A stretch of DNA of 64,000 bases from Anthoceros angustus (lineage: Eukaryota > Plantae > Anthocerotophyta), in the NCBI GenBank assembly GCA_010909165.1, contig MU008168.1, positions 1,571,985-1,635,984 on the forward strand, read 5' to 3'. The position numbers and the translations under genes are program-made. Positions 25,791 to 39,829 of this stretch are shown here, one piece after another. Numbering within the stretch: the stretch's first letter is position 1; each line of letters begins with the position of its first letter. The notes under the pieces were generated by a model. The model was given only the letters and a program-made list of their open reading frames with translations, ran no database searches and was not told where the DNA came from.

Positions 25791-27285
25791 AGGGAACGGA
25801 CGCGCGAAGTGGCGTCACGGCCGAGACCGTTCTGGGCCGTGCGCCCGACGCGTCCGCTTTCTGGCGTAAGGCGGCGAGTGCGGGCCGGGCAGCGCCCCAC
25901 TCATTGCCGGACCCGAGGCAATAGCCGAGGTCTGTGGCTACTAATGTTGCCTATACTTGACTTACAACTCTCTTTTCTCTCTTTTCTCTCTCTTTCAAGT
26001 AAAATAACAACTATCAGTTTTTAACTTTCGCACATTAAAGTGTTCGAGCTATTTTCCACCATTTTACCAGAGTACTTTTATAGTTTTACGGACATGTCGC
26101 ATACTTCCTAGGTATATTCTACCAGGGTTGAAGGAGTGTACACCGGTGATTTTGGATGTGCATGGTCTTCAGAGTAATATTTCTTCCTCTGCTCATTGTA
26201 CGGTCCGGATAGAAAGTTTATCATTTCGAGTATCTCGTCCAAAAGCGAATATTTTTACAGGCAATGACAATGTAAGAAATTGTGCAAATTGAATATAACT
26301 ATTCAAAATCTCATATACTAACCTCAAACAGTGCAAACAACTCCTTTTGATTCTTCGATAGCTACAAACAAAGGTAAAAATAGGTTAATATTTTACCTCC
26401 ATTTCAAGTCGAAGTAGATCCTGCTCGGTAAATACCTTTATGACTAATGTTAAGCAATGGCTGTGAAGATTTCCCACACTGCGGAAATGTGATTGTACGT
26501 TCTGGAAAGAGACACCAACGTTAGAATTTCCATATTTTTATATATAGGAAATCTTAATATAAAGACCTTTTGAATGTTTCTCGTTATTTGGATCTTCCAT
26601 GAGGGACAACAAGTCCAGTAGTTTTCAGCTCCTTATTTTCAATGGCTTCCGATATTTCTACACTACCAAAATACAAGGTATTAATAGTATTACTTCACAC
26701 AAACCAATTAATCCAAGAATCTTACTTCTTTGTATCTCCATGTGTTGTTGTAGTGTTGGTGTAGACCCATCTTCATTGAGGATTGGCTGCACTGGATCTT
26801 TAAGACTATGTTCCCAAATGGGAACATAGTTGTTTTTGAAATCTTGGAATACTTGTGGATATTGGAAGTTATTCATCCATTTTCCATAATCAGCAAATTC
26901 CTCGACGGGCATACGTTGGTGCATTATCTTCGGACTCGTCTATTTTTCTCTTTTTCTGCTTTGGAAATACAGCAATTAGTTTAAGTTGCTAAAATCAAAC
27001 ATGCAAATAGCCAAATTATGACTTTAACCAACCTGATGAGAGATGGCTGTTTTGTCGATTTTATCGTCCATTGCTTCTATTTTTTCCTTGATTTCCTTAG
27101 CAGCAGCTGCTTGTTCTGCAGCACTTTGTAAACAAAAGATTAATAAGTATTATTGTATTTATAATGTACTGCAACTATAAATGGCAGCAGATTATTTGTT
27201 AAAATACCTCCAATATCGACTGAATCGAGATTTGATGTCCATTGAACCTCCTGACCAGAGTCATTGTCTCCAACTCTAATTGAGC
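25790..27285 (-). pseudogene. unidentified TE-associated gene fragment with AT-rich introns and a GC-rich hairpin terminus
   Basis: Exon-like blocks (e.g. 26658-26924) bounded by GT/AG; stems CGGACGCG/CGCGTCCG and ATTGCC/GGCAAT at 25797-25922. Confidence 0.35.
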
Positions 27286-27289
27286 ATCA

Positions 27290-28625
27290 GTGAGGGGTGT
27301 TACTTAGTGGTATCAGAGTGTGGTCCATTCCTTCGAGTGACTAGAGAATACACAAGATGGTCAATCAGAAGCGTAAGGAGAGGATGAAGAAGCAGCAGTC
27401 TCTTGTCGATCATCCGCCTCAACCGCCTGAAGATTCATCATCGTCAGAAGAAGAGGAAGTGAGAGCGCCACCTCAGAACATAGCAAGCCCATCTGGAGAG
27501 AAGTCAGAGGACTGGAAGAAACAGATGATGGAAGTACTTTATCAAGTTCTTCCAGGTGTCTTGGACGATGTGATGACTTCAAGGAAGCAGACAAAGAAGA
27601 ATCCAGTGCCCACAGCTCAACAAGGTGAAGATGCGAAAGATCAACAAGAAGAAATCTTTCCGGCAAATTCAGCAAGCATCTTCAAAGTGGCTCCAAAGTT
27701 GAGCATGAAGTTAGCTCTACCAGATAAGTATGAGGGAGAAAGAGATCTGCAAGTTATTGATTCTTGGATCTATTCTGTTGCGACTTATCTCACCTCATCT
27801 GGTCTTGAGCTGGAGTACTACTTGGGTGTTATTAGTAACTTCCTTAAGGGTTATACTTTGGTCTGGTGGCGGAGTTATGGTGCTAATGTCGCCCAGGGTA
27901 ACCGAGCACATACCATCTAGACTGGGCATCTTTCAAAGAAGCCCTCAAGGTTCAACTGCAGATGCTTCACGTCTGAGAGACAGCACGACAATATCAAGAA
28001 ATCAGACGAGATTATGCGTACCTTGAAGCCGCTTGCACTGCACTACCATGAGTGAGGATGATAAGCTGCATCGCTTCATGGCTGGTTTGAAAGATTGGAC
28101 TACTAACAGAATTGAGTTGTTTAGTCCAACTACATTGGCAGAGGCCATTACAGCAGCAGATGCCATTCCAGATACTTTTCATTTTAGTACACCCAACTCC
28201 ACCACACGATTTCGAGGCAATACTCGTGGTCGGTATGCCCAGACTAGAGGAAGCTTTAGTAGTGCCGGCAGAGGAGCTGCCAAGGACACTAGCGGAAATG
28301 GAATTGCAAGAGGCAATTCAAAAGGAAATTTCCATGGAAGAAATCAAGAGGCAGAGGTCATGAACAGAATGGTTCTCGAAAAGGAGTCTGCTACTCATGT
28401 GGAGAGTCGGGACATTATGCAAATGAATGCTTGAATGTTGAACAGACTCTCAATGTAGCATAAGGAGATCCACAGCCCCGAAGACTCAGGATTACGGAAG
28501 TGGCCGGATCCGAGGATCCCAAGTGACGGGATTGACCACATGTTGCGAAGGTTGCATGGGGTGAGTCTCAGAGTGCTGAGGACAGCACTATTCGGAGGGC
28601 GGGTGGAGAGCTCATGTACATACAT
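27290..28625 (+). mobile_element. truncated Ty3/Gypsy element: tRNA-Met PBS and frameshifted gag
   Basis: TGGTATCAGAG at 27308-27318; LPDKYEGERD..IDSWI, MSEDDKLHRFMAGLK; zinc knuckle CYSCGESGHYANEC at 28389-28430. Confidence 0.85.
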
Positions 28626-29493
28626 AAAGTCGCGGCCTCGTCTGGGGCCTCGACGCGCTCGCTTGATTTTTTTTCGGGGACTAGGGGGTAGATTCTAGAG
28701 AGAGAATTGACCAATTGGTCATTGTTTTGTTGAATAGGGTAAAATTTATTACAATAGAGTAGAAAACATGCTATGTAGGGTGAAAATACCTCACTATCAA
28801 TGTTGAAAGCAGGGCAACAGGGTAGAAAAAATGGACCATCACGTGAATATCAGGTACATCTAAACAGAAGCTCATTCTAGAAATCCCACCAAAATCGCTA
28901 ATCTGGCAAAAACATATTTTGATAAGTAATATTCATGCGGATCCAGGATATACAAAAAATCAACAAAGAAATTTTTTCTTTGTGGAGTTTCCTGTATATC
29001 CAGAATGGCATGAAATACAAATTAAAATAATGTAGAGTAAATACCAAAATAGAATGATCCCCGGTTCTGGAACACTGAAACCTACATAAAAAACGTAAAT
29101 TAGGCATATAACTAGGGGCACACTGAAAAGATTCGGTAATAAACCACAAATACTTAAGCAAAGATACTCACCTAAGTTTGGAAAATTGACTGTACAATTG
29201 TACAAATTGAAAATGTAATTTTCACGACCACTTGGTTTGATTGGCACAACTTGTCCAACATTATCATAGTTAGCCAGGAGTTGATGAAGCAGAGGGCTTC
29301 AAAGAAATTGTTCATCTTCCTGTAAAGTCACAACCTAATAAAACACAAACATTAGTTTTCACTCTGCTAAATGTAATAAAGGGAAGATAAGATCACTTAC
29401 TGATCTCAGCGGGTTTTCGTGGGAGGCAATGGACACCCCTGGAGGCCCATTATCAATCTTTTGCTTCTGTTGCCTTTCCCACTGCAATCTTTG
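28625..29493 (-). mobile_element. 3' end of a second Crypton-like copy
   Basis: Colinear with ~41695-42510; last exon ends ...GRENYIFNLYNCTVNFPNL; cut at 29494 by an LTR end. Confidence 0.7.
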
Positions 29494-29960
29494 TGTGGGA
29501 GGCAGATCCCGGGGCTTTCGAGATTCACCCTCTAGTGGCCACACTTATCCCACTATCGCTAAGTACATTAGGTTTTGTCCCATGAGACTCTTGTTTGTCA
29601 GGTCACCAGCATCCAAGGCACAAACCACACACCTCTTCACACCCCCAAGCTCCCTCACCGAGTGGAGCAACTTCAACTCACTCCATGAGCCAGCCCACTC
29701 ACCATGCTCGCCTCCACCTGCACCTACAACGACACCCTACAACTATAGGTCCACACCCCACGGTGAGGTCGAGCCACGCACGGGACCCCCTACGTTGCAA
29801 CGCGACTTCACCACCCCGTGATCGCCCACTATTCCTTTCCCATTGCCTTCCCACAATTGGCACATCCTCATCTACGTGCAGCGCCTCCGTCGCTCCGTCG
29901 AATCACTGCCTCAGGACCTACAACCAACAACAAACAATTGTAGGGCCTACCTCCTACCAC
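29494..29960 (-). mobile_element. 3' portion of the 3.7-kb LTR family, inverted
   Basis: Reverse complement of ~55900-56356 and ~60870-61337, ending ...GCCTCCCACA. Confidence 0.85.
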
Positions 29961-30263
29961 TTGTAGGAGAGTTGTAGGAGATCCGCGCCGGTGGCCAAAG
30001 ACACCTCATTCCTACGTGGGAGGAGACACCTATCCCAACGCGCACAGAGGCGCATCCTACCACCGGTAGGGTCGCACCTGGCGGCGCAGCATAGGTTACC
30101 TCGCCCTAGTTCAAGGCCTCTCCAACTTCCAGGCCCTGGCGCTCCAACTACAACCTCGCGCGCCCACAAAACTCCACACTGGCAGCAGCCACGATACCTT
30201 CGCACTGCTCCGTCAGATCTCCGCTCCTGGACCTACAACGAGTGCTTGTGAAGCACTCAGCCG

Positions 30264-33000
30264 TGTAGATTTGAAGGGGGCTAGGGGACTAGCAGCCTCT
30301 TTATGGGCGTGTCAAGAGGAAGTCCGGGCAAATAAGGCCCAAGAAATGACGGAAAGGAGAGCAGGGACCAAATGGCAATTGGAGGCCATGGAGTCCGATG
30401 AGAAGGCAGCCAAGCTGGAGAAGGCTGTGGAGAAGCTCCAGCGACCTTGTGGATCAACGGAGCGGAGAAGGTCCTGGAGGGGAGGTTGTCACAAACCGAG
30501 GAGAGAGCCATTCGAGCAACAACCCAACGGGATGTGGAGGCGTATATGAAGAGCATTTTGCCCAATTAGAGCAAGAGAAAGGGCAAAATAGAGGCCCTAG
30601 GAAGGAGAAGGTAGCGTCCAACAAATGGACGCAAGAACAGTGTGATGGCTACCCAAGCCATCAAGATCCGGACATGGAAGAGGAATTGCGAAGGACCCGG
30701 TTCAATTTGGAAGAGAAGCGCCAGGGGGCTCAAGATCAAGAAAAGAGCTAGAGCGCGAGGAAGTGGCAAGTGGAGAAGGAGAGACTTGCCAAGCAAGTGG
30801 TTGAGCTGGAACAAAGGAGGTTCCAAGAAGAGGAGTACCACAAGAAAGTGGTACACAGGATGCTGGTGGTGAGGAAGAGGAGATTTTGGGCAGATTATGC
30901 CCTTCAAGCAAAGATGGCCAACCAGCTGAAGGGAGCAAGGGAGGAGAATGTGACCCTCCATGTCAAGGTGGGAGAATTGACCACTCAAGGGACGCCTACA
31001 AGGGTAGGTGTGAGGATGGAGAGTGGCCCACGGAGATTGATGATCTCCAGATGCAGTATCATAGCTTAGGGGCTCACCTCCATAATAGGATTTTGAAGGC
31101 CAACAATGAGGTGTTACGGTTGGCCAAGAGGAGGACATTGGGTCCTCATGATGATGACAGAAGGAGTTGCAACAAGTGAACCTGAGGCCTCCGATTTTGA
31201 TGAGGCTAAATGACATGGACTCCGAGGAACTGGAGGGCAAGGAGGAAGAGGAGGAGGAAGAGGAGGAAGATGGCGCGGAGGAGTAAGGAGACAGCCCGCC
31301 TCACAAGGGGTCACCCTACCACGGTAGGTGACCAGCCTACCACGGTAGTGCGGACTACCGTGGTAGACAACTCAACCTACGCCGGTAGTGGGACTACAGG
31401 TAGGGCAACAGCGGGGCTGTCGAGGCGCTGGTGAAGGAAGGAGCCGGGGCCTAGTGACACCCCCGCAGAATAGAAGAGGAGGTGGGGAGACAACCCCACC
31501 GGAGGAGACAGGACGGATCCGACCAAGAAGAAGGAGGGTGAGAAGTTCCCTCACCCCACGAGCGAGGGAAGGGCCCGAGAGAGAGGTCGATGCAAAAAGG
31601 GCCCGAGGATTAGTGAAATCCGACAATTGAGGAGGAAGAATCTTTGAGAATGCTCCATGATAGGTATGGACAAATCAAGAGGAAGGAGCACGGAAGATTC
31701 CAACCCAAGAGGCACAGATGGGGAGAGAAGAGAAGAGAAGATCGACTACCATGGTAGGTCGCCTACCCCGTAGTCCGCCACTACCGCGGTAGGGTGCTGA
31801 TGAACGGGGCGCGACCAGGCGGCCGAGGCTGGAGAAAAGGGCGCCTAGGTGCGCGGAAGGGGGCGCGATTGCTGGAGGGTGACAGGAATTGGGGCGCCGC
31901 CCTGTAAAATTGAAGGAAGGGGCAGGATTGTACTTGCCCCACACATCAGGAAGACGACAGGATCTGGGGAAGGGACAGGAGCAAAAGGAGGGCGAGGGAG
32001 CCAATCCACAAGGGACACGTCGCCACCCCAGCGAGATAAGGACTGAGAATGGTCAATGACCATAAATGAGCTTTGGGGAATGGGAAGGATAAGTGGTGTA
32101 GACTGACATCCTTTAAGGATGATCTTAGGTGAAGTTACTAGAATAGAATTTACCACGGATCGATAATAGATTTAGGTGCCATTAAATGTCGTGTAGGAAA
32201 TAATAGAAAATTGGAAAAGGTGACCGCAGAGGTCACCTAAGGGAGGTTGTATGTGGAAGGCCTCCTATAAGAGGAGGAGGATTTCACAAAGTAAAGTATC
32301 ACGCCTTGCGCCCATCATCGAGTCCTTTGCCCTTGTAAAGGAATTTCGCTACCGTGAGCCAACGCACCTGCAGAGAGGAAGTCGCGTGGTCGGAGTGCTT
32401 GGTGGAGGACTTGTCAAGTGCCTAAACGAGTTGCTCCCCTTGTGAATGGTTGCCGTGAAATTGCTTTGCTTTGGGTGTGTGGCAATGCCTGGAACTCGGC
32501 TTGAGGGTAGACTACAGGAAAGACTGAGGTTCTCACTGCGTGTCAAACTCATAGCAACCGCCCAAGGAAGAACTTGCTGGTGGAGGCCGACCAAAAAGGG
32601 GCCAGAAGGACAGAGAAGGCCACAAAGGCAGCCTAAGGGACGAATCCCAACCGCAAGTAAAAGAGCGCCTCCGAGTGGAGAAGAGTGGTCTTAGAAGTAG
32701 GGACGAAATTGCGGTGTGGATCGGTCCCCGGCGCCCGTGATAGGCCTCGCGCTAAGGTGAATTCGCATTGTGTTGTGTCGTTGTAGGTCGAGGATTGGTA
32801 GTTTTTCGAGCGCGCATGCACTGTAAGAGGGTGAGTAGAGGGCGCCTTGCTCGCTTAGAAGGTGAAGTTGTGTCTCGCAGCGACGGTTATCGCACCCCTC
32901 GAACTTTCACACAAGTCTCATGGGACGAAACCCAACGCACGGTTGCTGGATAAGCGTGCTAGAGTGGAGGATCTCGAGCCCTGGGGTTTTCCCTACCACA
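30264..33000 (+). mobile_element. ~2.7-kb LTR of a related subfamily
   Basis: Starts TGTAGATTTGAAG (cf. TGTGGAATATGAAAG), ends CTACCACA; shares the TATA/R block (32120-32590) and the terminal block with 55130-56356. Confidence 0.6.
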
Positions 33001-34840
33001 CTTGCTTCTTCCCTTGAGCTTCGCCTCGAGCTAGCTTTTCAAGGCCTAGAGCTCTATATCCCGTGGTCGGAGTGGGTAGCTATCCTGAGGTCGACATCAT
33101 CCGTATTCCGCTGTAGGTTGTAGCAATTGCGGTGTGGGATGGATGCGGAGGTGGAGAAGAGAAGAGGAGGTGGGGAAACAGGCCCAGGAGGGGCGGACGG
33201 ATCCGACCCGTTAAGAAGAAGGAGGGTGAGAAGTTCCCTCACGGCGAGGAAGGGCCGAGCCGGGAGAAGGCTGCGAGGGCCGGAGGATTAGTGGAAATCG
33301 GTGACAATTGAGGGAGGAAGAATCTTTGAGAATGCTCCATGATAGGTATGGACAAATCAAGCAGAGGAAAGGAGCACGGAAGATTCCAACCCAAGAGGCG
33401 TAGAGATGGGGAGAGAAGAAAATGAAGATCGACTACCATGGTAGGTGGTGACCTACCAGATAGTGCGGACTACCAGGAGGTCGATGCGGCGACGGGAGGC
33501 TGGAGAAAAGGCGCTAGGTGCGGAAGGGGCGAGACTTTGAGTGAGGAATTGGGCGCCGCCAAAATTGAAGGAAGAGGCAGGATTGTACACACACAGGCAC
33601 AGGGATCCGGGAAGGGACAGAGGGCAAAGGAGGCGAGAGCCAATCCACAAGGGACACGTCACGCCACCCAGTGAGATAAGGATTGATGGTCAATGACCAT
33701 AAATGAGCTTGAGGGAATGGGAAGATAAGGTGGTGTGGTGACATCCTTTAAGGATGATCTTAGGTGAAGTTACTAGAATAGAATTTACCAAGGATCGGAC
33801 AATAGACTTAGGTGCCAGCATTAAATCTTTGGCGGTAGGAAATAATAGAAAATTGGAAGGTGACTGCGGTGGGTCACCTAAGGGAGGTTGTATGTGGGAG
33901 GCCTCCTATAAGAGGAGGAGGATTTCACAAGTAAAGTATCATCCGTCTTGCGCTTCCATACTCATGAGTCCTTTGCCCTTGTAAAGGAATTTCGTGCATT
34001 GTGAGCCAACGCGTGCAGTGAGGAAGTCGCGGTGGTGGTGCTTGGTGGAGGACTTGCTCGTGCAAGTGCCTAAACGAGTTGCTCCCTTGTGAATGGTTCT
34101 TTGAAATTGCTTTGCTTTGGGGTGTGTGGCAATGCCGAGACTCTCGGCTTGAGGTAGACTAGGGGAAAGACTCACTGGAGGTTCTATTGTGTGTCAAACT
34201 CATAGCCAGCCCAAGGAAGAACTTGCTGGTGGAGGCCGACCCAGGCGGTTGTGCCGTAAGGGACCCAGGGCATGTGAGCCGCGAGCCGAGAACTAAGGAC
34301 GAATCCGTCACAAGTAAAAGAGCGCTCCCGAGGTGGAAGAGTGGTCTTAAGTAGGGACAAATGCGGTGTGGATCGAGGGGGTCCCTGGCGCCCGTGATGA
34401 GCTCCTCGCTAAGCGGGACACCAGGTGTTAATTGTGTCGTTGTAGGTCGATTGGTAGTTTTGAGCGGTGCAAGTAGTGCAGCAGTGGCGCAAGAAGAGGG
34501 TGAGTAGAGGCGCCTTGCTCGTTTAGAAAGGCTGAAGTTGTGTCTCCAGTAGCGATCGGTCATCGCAAGGCCTCGAACTTTCACACAAGTCTCATGGAAT
34601 GAAACCCAACGTGCGAACGGCCGGACATGGGATAAGCGGCGTGGCCGGGCTAGAGTGGGAGTGATCTCGAGAGCCCCGGGTTTTCCTACACCACACTTGC
34701 TTCTTCCCTGAGCCTTACGCCTCGAGCTAGCTTTTCAAGGCCTAGAGCTCTATATCCCGGTCGGAGTGGGTAGCTATCGGAGGTTCGACATCATCCGTTG
34801 TAGGTTGTAGCAATTGCGGTGTGGGATGGATGCGGAGGTG
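31470..34840 (+). repeat. ~1.7-kb tandem duplication (31470-33155 / 33156-34840) spanning an LTR end and its flank
   Basis: Colinear copies differing mostly by small indels. Confidence 0.85.
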
Positions 34841-37800
34841 GAAGGTGTGAGACAAGGATGGATGCCGAGGTGGAAGGTGTGAGACAAGGATGGATGCGGA
34901 GGTGGAGATGAATGGAGTGACACCTCACGACATTGTGATGACGATCCGCAAAGGTGCCGTGCCGAGCCTGCGATTGCGCAATGTGCGAGAGTTGAACAAG
35001 GCCGTTGTCGCCTGTTGTTGAAGGCGGGTGGAATTATATGTTGGCTTTCGTGCCAACCGCAAGCTCGCTTGTGAGTACGAAGCCTCAATACGTCCCGTGT
35101 GGATGCGGACCGCAGATCGGACAGTCGGGCGGAGGTCCGACGGCCGGAGGGTTTGAGCTCCCAAGAGGATGGTGCAGCAGTGGCGGCGGCACAGTCACGC
35201 CATGGCCGGGCATGCACGGAGATGGCCATCCGCTGGAAGGCGCTGCGGCTCGCGGTGCGCGGTGGCATCATTCGCGGGCGGGTGGGTGTGTCGCCGCTCG
35301 GTGAATCCGTGGAGGGAATGGCGGAACATGGACGCTATATGGACTCCTTGGAGTGGAGGAGAAATGCCTGGCCAGGATCGCAGCGGAAGGACAAGGCGGG
35401 CGTTTGTGGGCTCGGCGTGGTGAGAGGAGCTGCATCTGGCGTCTTCTTGGCCTTTGAATTGGGGTAGATTTCTGCAGCCTTCGGTGGTTGAGGAATTCAA
35501 GTTCTTAAGGGAAAGGTCCTTGGCCTTGCGGGAGAATGCTTGGCCTTTGGTGTGGAAAATCCCGCCCTCACCATATATGAAAGTGAGGGTTTAGCTCATT
35601 TGAGTTGTCGGGAGGCCAAGGGCAGGCACCAGGCGATGTCGGAGGGCGAGACGAAGATACATTTTTTCATATCGAGGAAGGTTTTGAGGAGGATAATGAG
35701 GGCAAGTGGTGGGAGATGAAGGCCAGCGGCCACGGAGGAGTGCGCAAGGCGTCCAGCATGGAGGGAGCGAGCACATCGGAGGAGAAAGAAAAGCGAAGGA
35801 GAAATAGAAGGATGCCGAACAAGGAGGCGATTTTTGTGTTTTGAGAAGTCTCCTCTCAGACTTTGGGATTTTCGATGCTCTTGGCAAATGCTCATGGGTT
35901 CACGATGGGCATTGGGCCTATTCTAATGTAATTGGTTGAGTCTTGCTACGAATTTCAGGCAGCGGAGAAGCAGAGACACGGAGGAGAACATCATCAAGGA
36001 TGGGTTCACACATTCGTAAGGTATATGGGAGGCGAGCGAGTGATGGTGTGGCTCCCAGAGAGGAATGAGATGGAAAAAGAGCGTTTTACCTTCGATAAGC
36101 TCTCGGCATGCTCATCGAATACGACGGAATCGGACGGATAAGATTGCGACCTCAAGTGGAAGCTTTTAGGATAGTTTTGGGGTGACCATGTCGTGAACCA
36201 CCTACGCATTCTTTCATTTCATGTGGAAGGCGAAAAGGAGCTCGGCTGGGGACAACCATCTTTGGCGCCTATGAGCATCAAGGACAAACAAGCAAACATT
36301 GGACAATGAGGCGAGCACATAGCACCTTGCATGTGGGGGCACATGGGTTCTTGACGGAAGAAAGTGGAGGAGTCTTACGACCATTTGAAGTGGTCCCTCG
36401 AGGGGCAGGTCCCTCTCCTAAGAAGGTGAAGAAGGAGGAGGAACCCAAGGTGGAGCAAGGAGTGCTTCACCACGGTGGTGATCTTGGATGATGAGACCAC
36501 CCGTCGCCAAGAGAAGAGGTGCACGTCCGAGGGGAGGCAGGTGGCACAAAGGAAGAGGTGGCGGTGCCACCATGTCTGAGGAGGCAACCCCATGGAGGCG
36601 GGGGTGGTGGAACTAACCCACCCAGGAGATGGCCAGAGTCACGGAGTTCCAATCGGCAGTGGTGGAGGCAGAGAAGGATCAGTCGAGGAGAATGAGAAGA
36701 CAAAGGCTTTGAAGGATCTGACCATCTAATTGATACTCCATTAGTGAAGCAAGCCTTACAGTAGAGTTGGAGGTGAGGGCGCCGTCGGGGACGGTAGCAA
36801 CCCTTGATCGAGGTGGGAGAAGGATAGCAAGGCTATCAAGGAGATGGCTAGCAAAGGCGCCTAGTTGACTGAGAAGGTTGGGGCTCGGATTGAAGCGTGA
36901 GGCAAGAAGTAGGGGCGAATGAAGTGGCTACCCTCAACGGAAGATTGAGAGGCGGGGTGTGGGAAGGAGTGGCATGACAACTCTCTCCAGTGAGAAGAGA
37001 GAATGGGGACTAAGGCATCCGAGGCGCGAAGCCAAGAATGAAGGAGGAGGCCAAGCTCAAGGAGCTGGAGGAGGAGCCACTTGGAGCAAGGCGTGAGGCT
37101 CCAAAGCAAACAGAGGCGACCAGCGGTGGAAGGAAGAAGTACAGGAAAATGATGCATCGCATCTTGGTCGTCGAGCAAGCTTCGGTGATATGCATGAGGA
37201 TCTTGGAGGCATGGAAGAGATGCATAATGTCACTCTGAGTTTGAGTGGTGGATGCTGCAGTAAGATAGCCTCGAGTGGCGAGGAATTTGATGAGATTTGC
37301 TTGAAGGGCCTTGAGGTCCACTTACATGCTAGGGTCAACAAGTTTGCCAAGGAGATGCCTTGTTGACAAGGAAGTTGTTGGGTCCCCACGATGACGACAG
37401 ATTTTGGAGAATTGCGACTCGACTTAGATTAGGACTTGGAGTGAAATGGATGCGAAGGCTCGATTGGGAGGAGCCAATGGAAGAGGAAGATTTCAATCTT
37501 GGTGGGGTCACTAAGCGGCATGCAACACCCAACCACTTGAAATTCCACGGCTCTGAGATGGCTACGAGGCGGTGCCTCTACAAGGCGCCACAAGAGGGGC
37601 GTTCACTTCATCTTATCGCCCGACATGTGGAGGTTCTTTCACATGACGACCTGAAGAGATCGGATGGGCATCCCCACAAGAGGAGGAAAGGTGGTTGGGC
37701 GCACTCCACATAAAGAAATGCGAGATAGTTGGTAGGGGAGTGAATGGGTCATTAAGACCCCTAGGGGGTTAATTGTTAGGAGGTAGGTTAAGAACCTTTT

Positions 37801-39300
37801 GAGGCCACCTACTTAACCTTAAACAACCCACCTACCCACCAGACTTAATTAATCTTTGGGAGCTCCTATAAGGGAGGAGCTCCCATAATAAAATGTCATG
37901 CCTTGCTCTCCGACTGTGCTTGTCTTGCTACAAGCGTGCGTGCAGGTGATGCATGGCAGTAGGGTCTTGAGGTGCAGTGACCGGTGACCAAACCTTTCTT
38001 CTGGAGGTAGCAGTGGGTGGCGTTCACTGAACCATTGTGGTTGCGATGGCTCTGCAGGCTAAGGAAGACCCCTAGCATCGGCCGGGGCGTCACATCTGTC
38101 GCCTGAGTCCGTGAGGTGCCCTATATGATCAGGCGATTCTTTGGAGGCCGGGAGGCGCCAGGCGATGTTAGCTAGGAAGGTGGAAGGATGAGAGGAGAGG
38201 AGAGAGAGGTGTGAGACAAGAGATGGAGAGGCGAGGGGCGAGAGAGGATGAGAGAGGGCCTAGAGGATGAGCAAGAGGTGAGAAGGAAGGAGCAAGAGAG
38301 AAAGAAAAGACAAAAGAGAGAGGAGGAAGCGGGGGAAGGTGGGGTGAATGCTGACAAAAGAGCTTGAGGCGGCCCAAATTTACCAGAAGGGTCGGGGATG
38401 TAGGGCTCGCTGGTGGGAGGATTGCCCACCACCGGTTTTGAGCTCCCAAGTAGCGGCATGCGGGCTTGCATCTCGCGGCGTGGGCAGCGCCGGTAGCCAT
38501 CCGCGACGGTGGTGCGCTCCGGACCCCGCGGCTCTCCCGGGTGACTTGCGGCTCCATCATGTCGGGCGTGTGGGTGGACGCCAAAGCGCGCTCCCTCAAG
38601 GGTGGCGGTGAATCGGAGTCGGTGGGAGTAGCGGTGTGGAGAACATGGACAAACTGTGTGCCGTCTTGACTCGCGCTTTGGAGGTGGAGTGAGACAACGG
38701 TGCCATGGGCGTGCTTGTTCGCGCTTTGTTTCGATATAAGTGCAGTGTTTGTGGGCGTGCTCGTGCCTCATGAGGATGTCGCGGTCGCAATCTGGCGTCT
38801 TGTCAAGCGGGCGATTGGAGCTATATGATTCTGCGCAAGCCTAGTGCGAGGATTCCAAGTTCTTAAATGCAAGGGACACTTCAACATGCGAGACCGCGTG
38901 CGTGGCCATAGGGGTGATTCGGACGCCCGCCCATGTTTGAAGTGCGGTGTGGGAGCTAGATTTTGCGAGCATGTCACGGACGTGATGGCCACCATGCCTT
39001 CCATCTTCACAATTACGCCCGCCGGGCCGTTCGGACGACCATATGTCTTTTCATATGAGAGTCGTGGCGGGACGGACAGTATATCTCATGCACGATAACG
39101 AGGGCAAGGTGGTGGGTGTCGATGCGACAAGCGCTGCGGTTTGAGGTGGCTTCCTCCTACCCGTACACGCTTTGTGAGCACCATGTTTCTGCTGGATCCT
39201 TGGCTGGATTTCGTTGGAAACAAGGATAAATAATTAGAACAACGAACATGCCTAGTCATTAGCTTGTTTTCGGTTTGAGAGACTCCTCAACTGTTTGCAT
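34840..39300 (+). mobile_element. degraded repeats: 34840-35900 similar to 38200-39300; 36900-37890 related to the large-LTR U3 and TATA region
   Basis: Shared TTTGAGCTCCCAAG, CAAGTTCTTAA and GATAA.GAGGGCAAG blocks; GPHDDDR-coding block also at ~31140; CTCCTATAAGGGAGG at ~37863. Confidence 0.5.
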
Positions 39301-39829
39301 CCTTCAAATCTGCAACATTGGTCTATGCTTCAAAGCTTCATGACAATCGCCTTGTGTGGTTGGGCTAGCTACAATTAAATATTAAATTAAGCTTTCACTA
39401 AAGAGCATGACGTCGAACATCATTTCTTTCCTTCGCGCATTTGCAAGCAACATCACCGAACGTTCACGTTAACGTTAACGTTGGTGGTGATCATCGCAGA
39501 TGAAATGAACGAAACATTTTTTACATGATAAAAGGCATTCACTCCATGCTCCTCAAATTCCAAACATCGATCGTCACCGACCGGTTTGGAATCACGTGGT
39601 ACCATGTCGCTTACCATGTCTTTTGAAACCAACTTGCAAATCATCATCTTGATATGGCGATCGGCGAGCAACACAAGATGAGTTCCGAGCCCACTTTTTC
39701 CGATCGTGAGTGCAAGGGGCTTTGAAATATGCACAGGCGGTGGTAGATTCTATTGTCGTTGGAGCGGTGGAAGGATGAAGTGCATCGGTCAATGTGAGCA
39801 TACTCGAGCTCGAGGCCAGTGCGGCAAAG

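Noticed and set aside
37894-38094. TGTCATGCC...GGGGCGTCACA as another A-segment or solo LTR
   Set aside because: Similarity to A is limited to 9 bp and there is no TSD.
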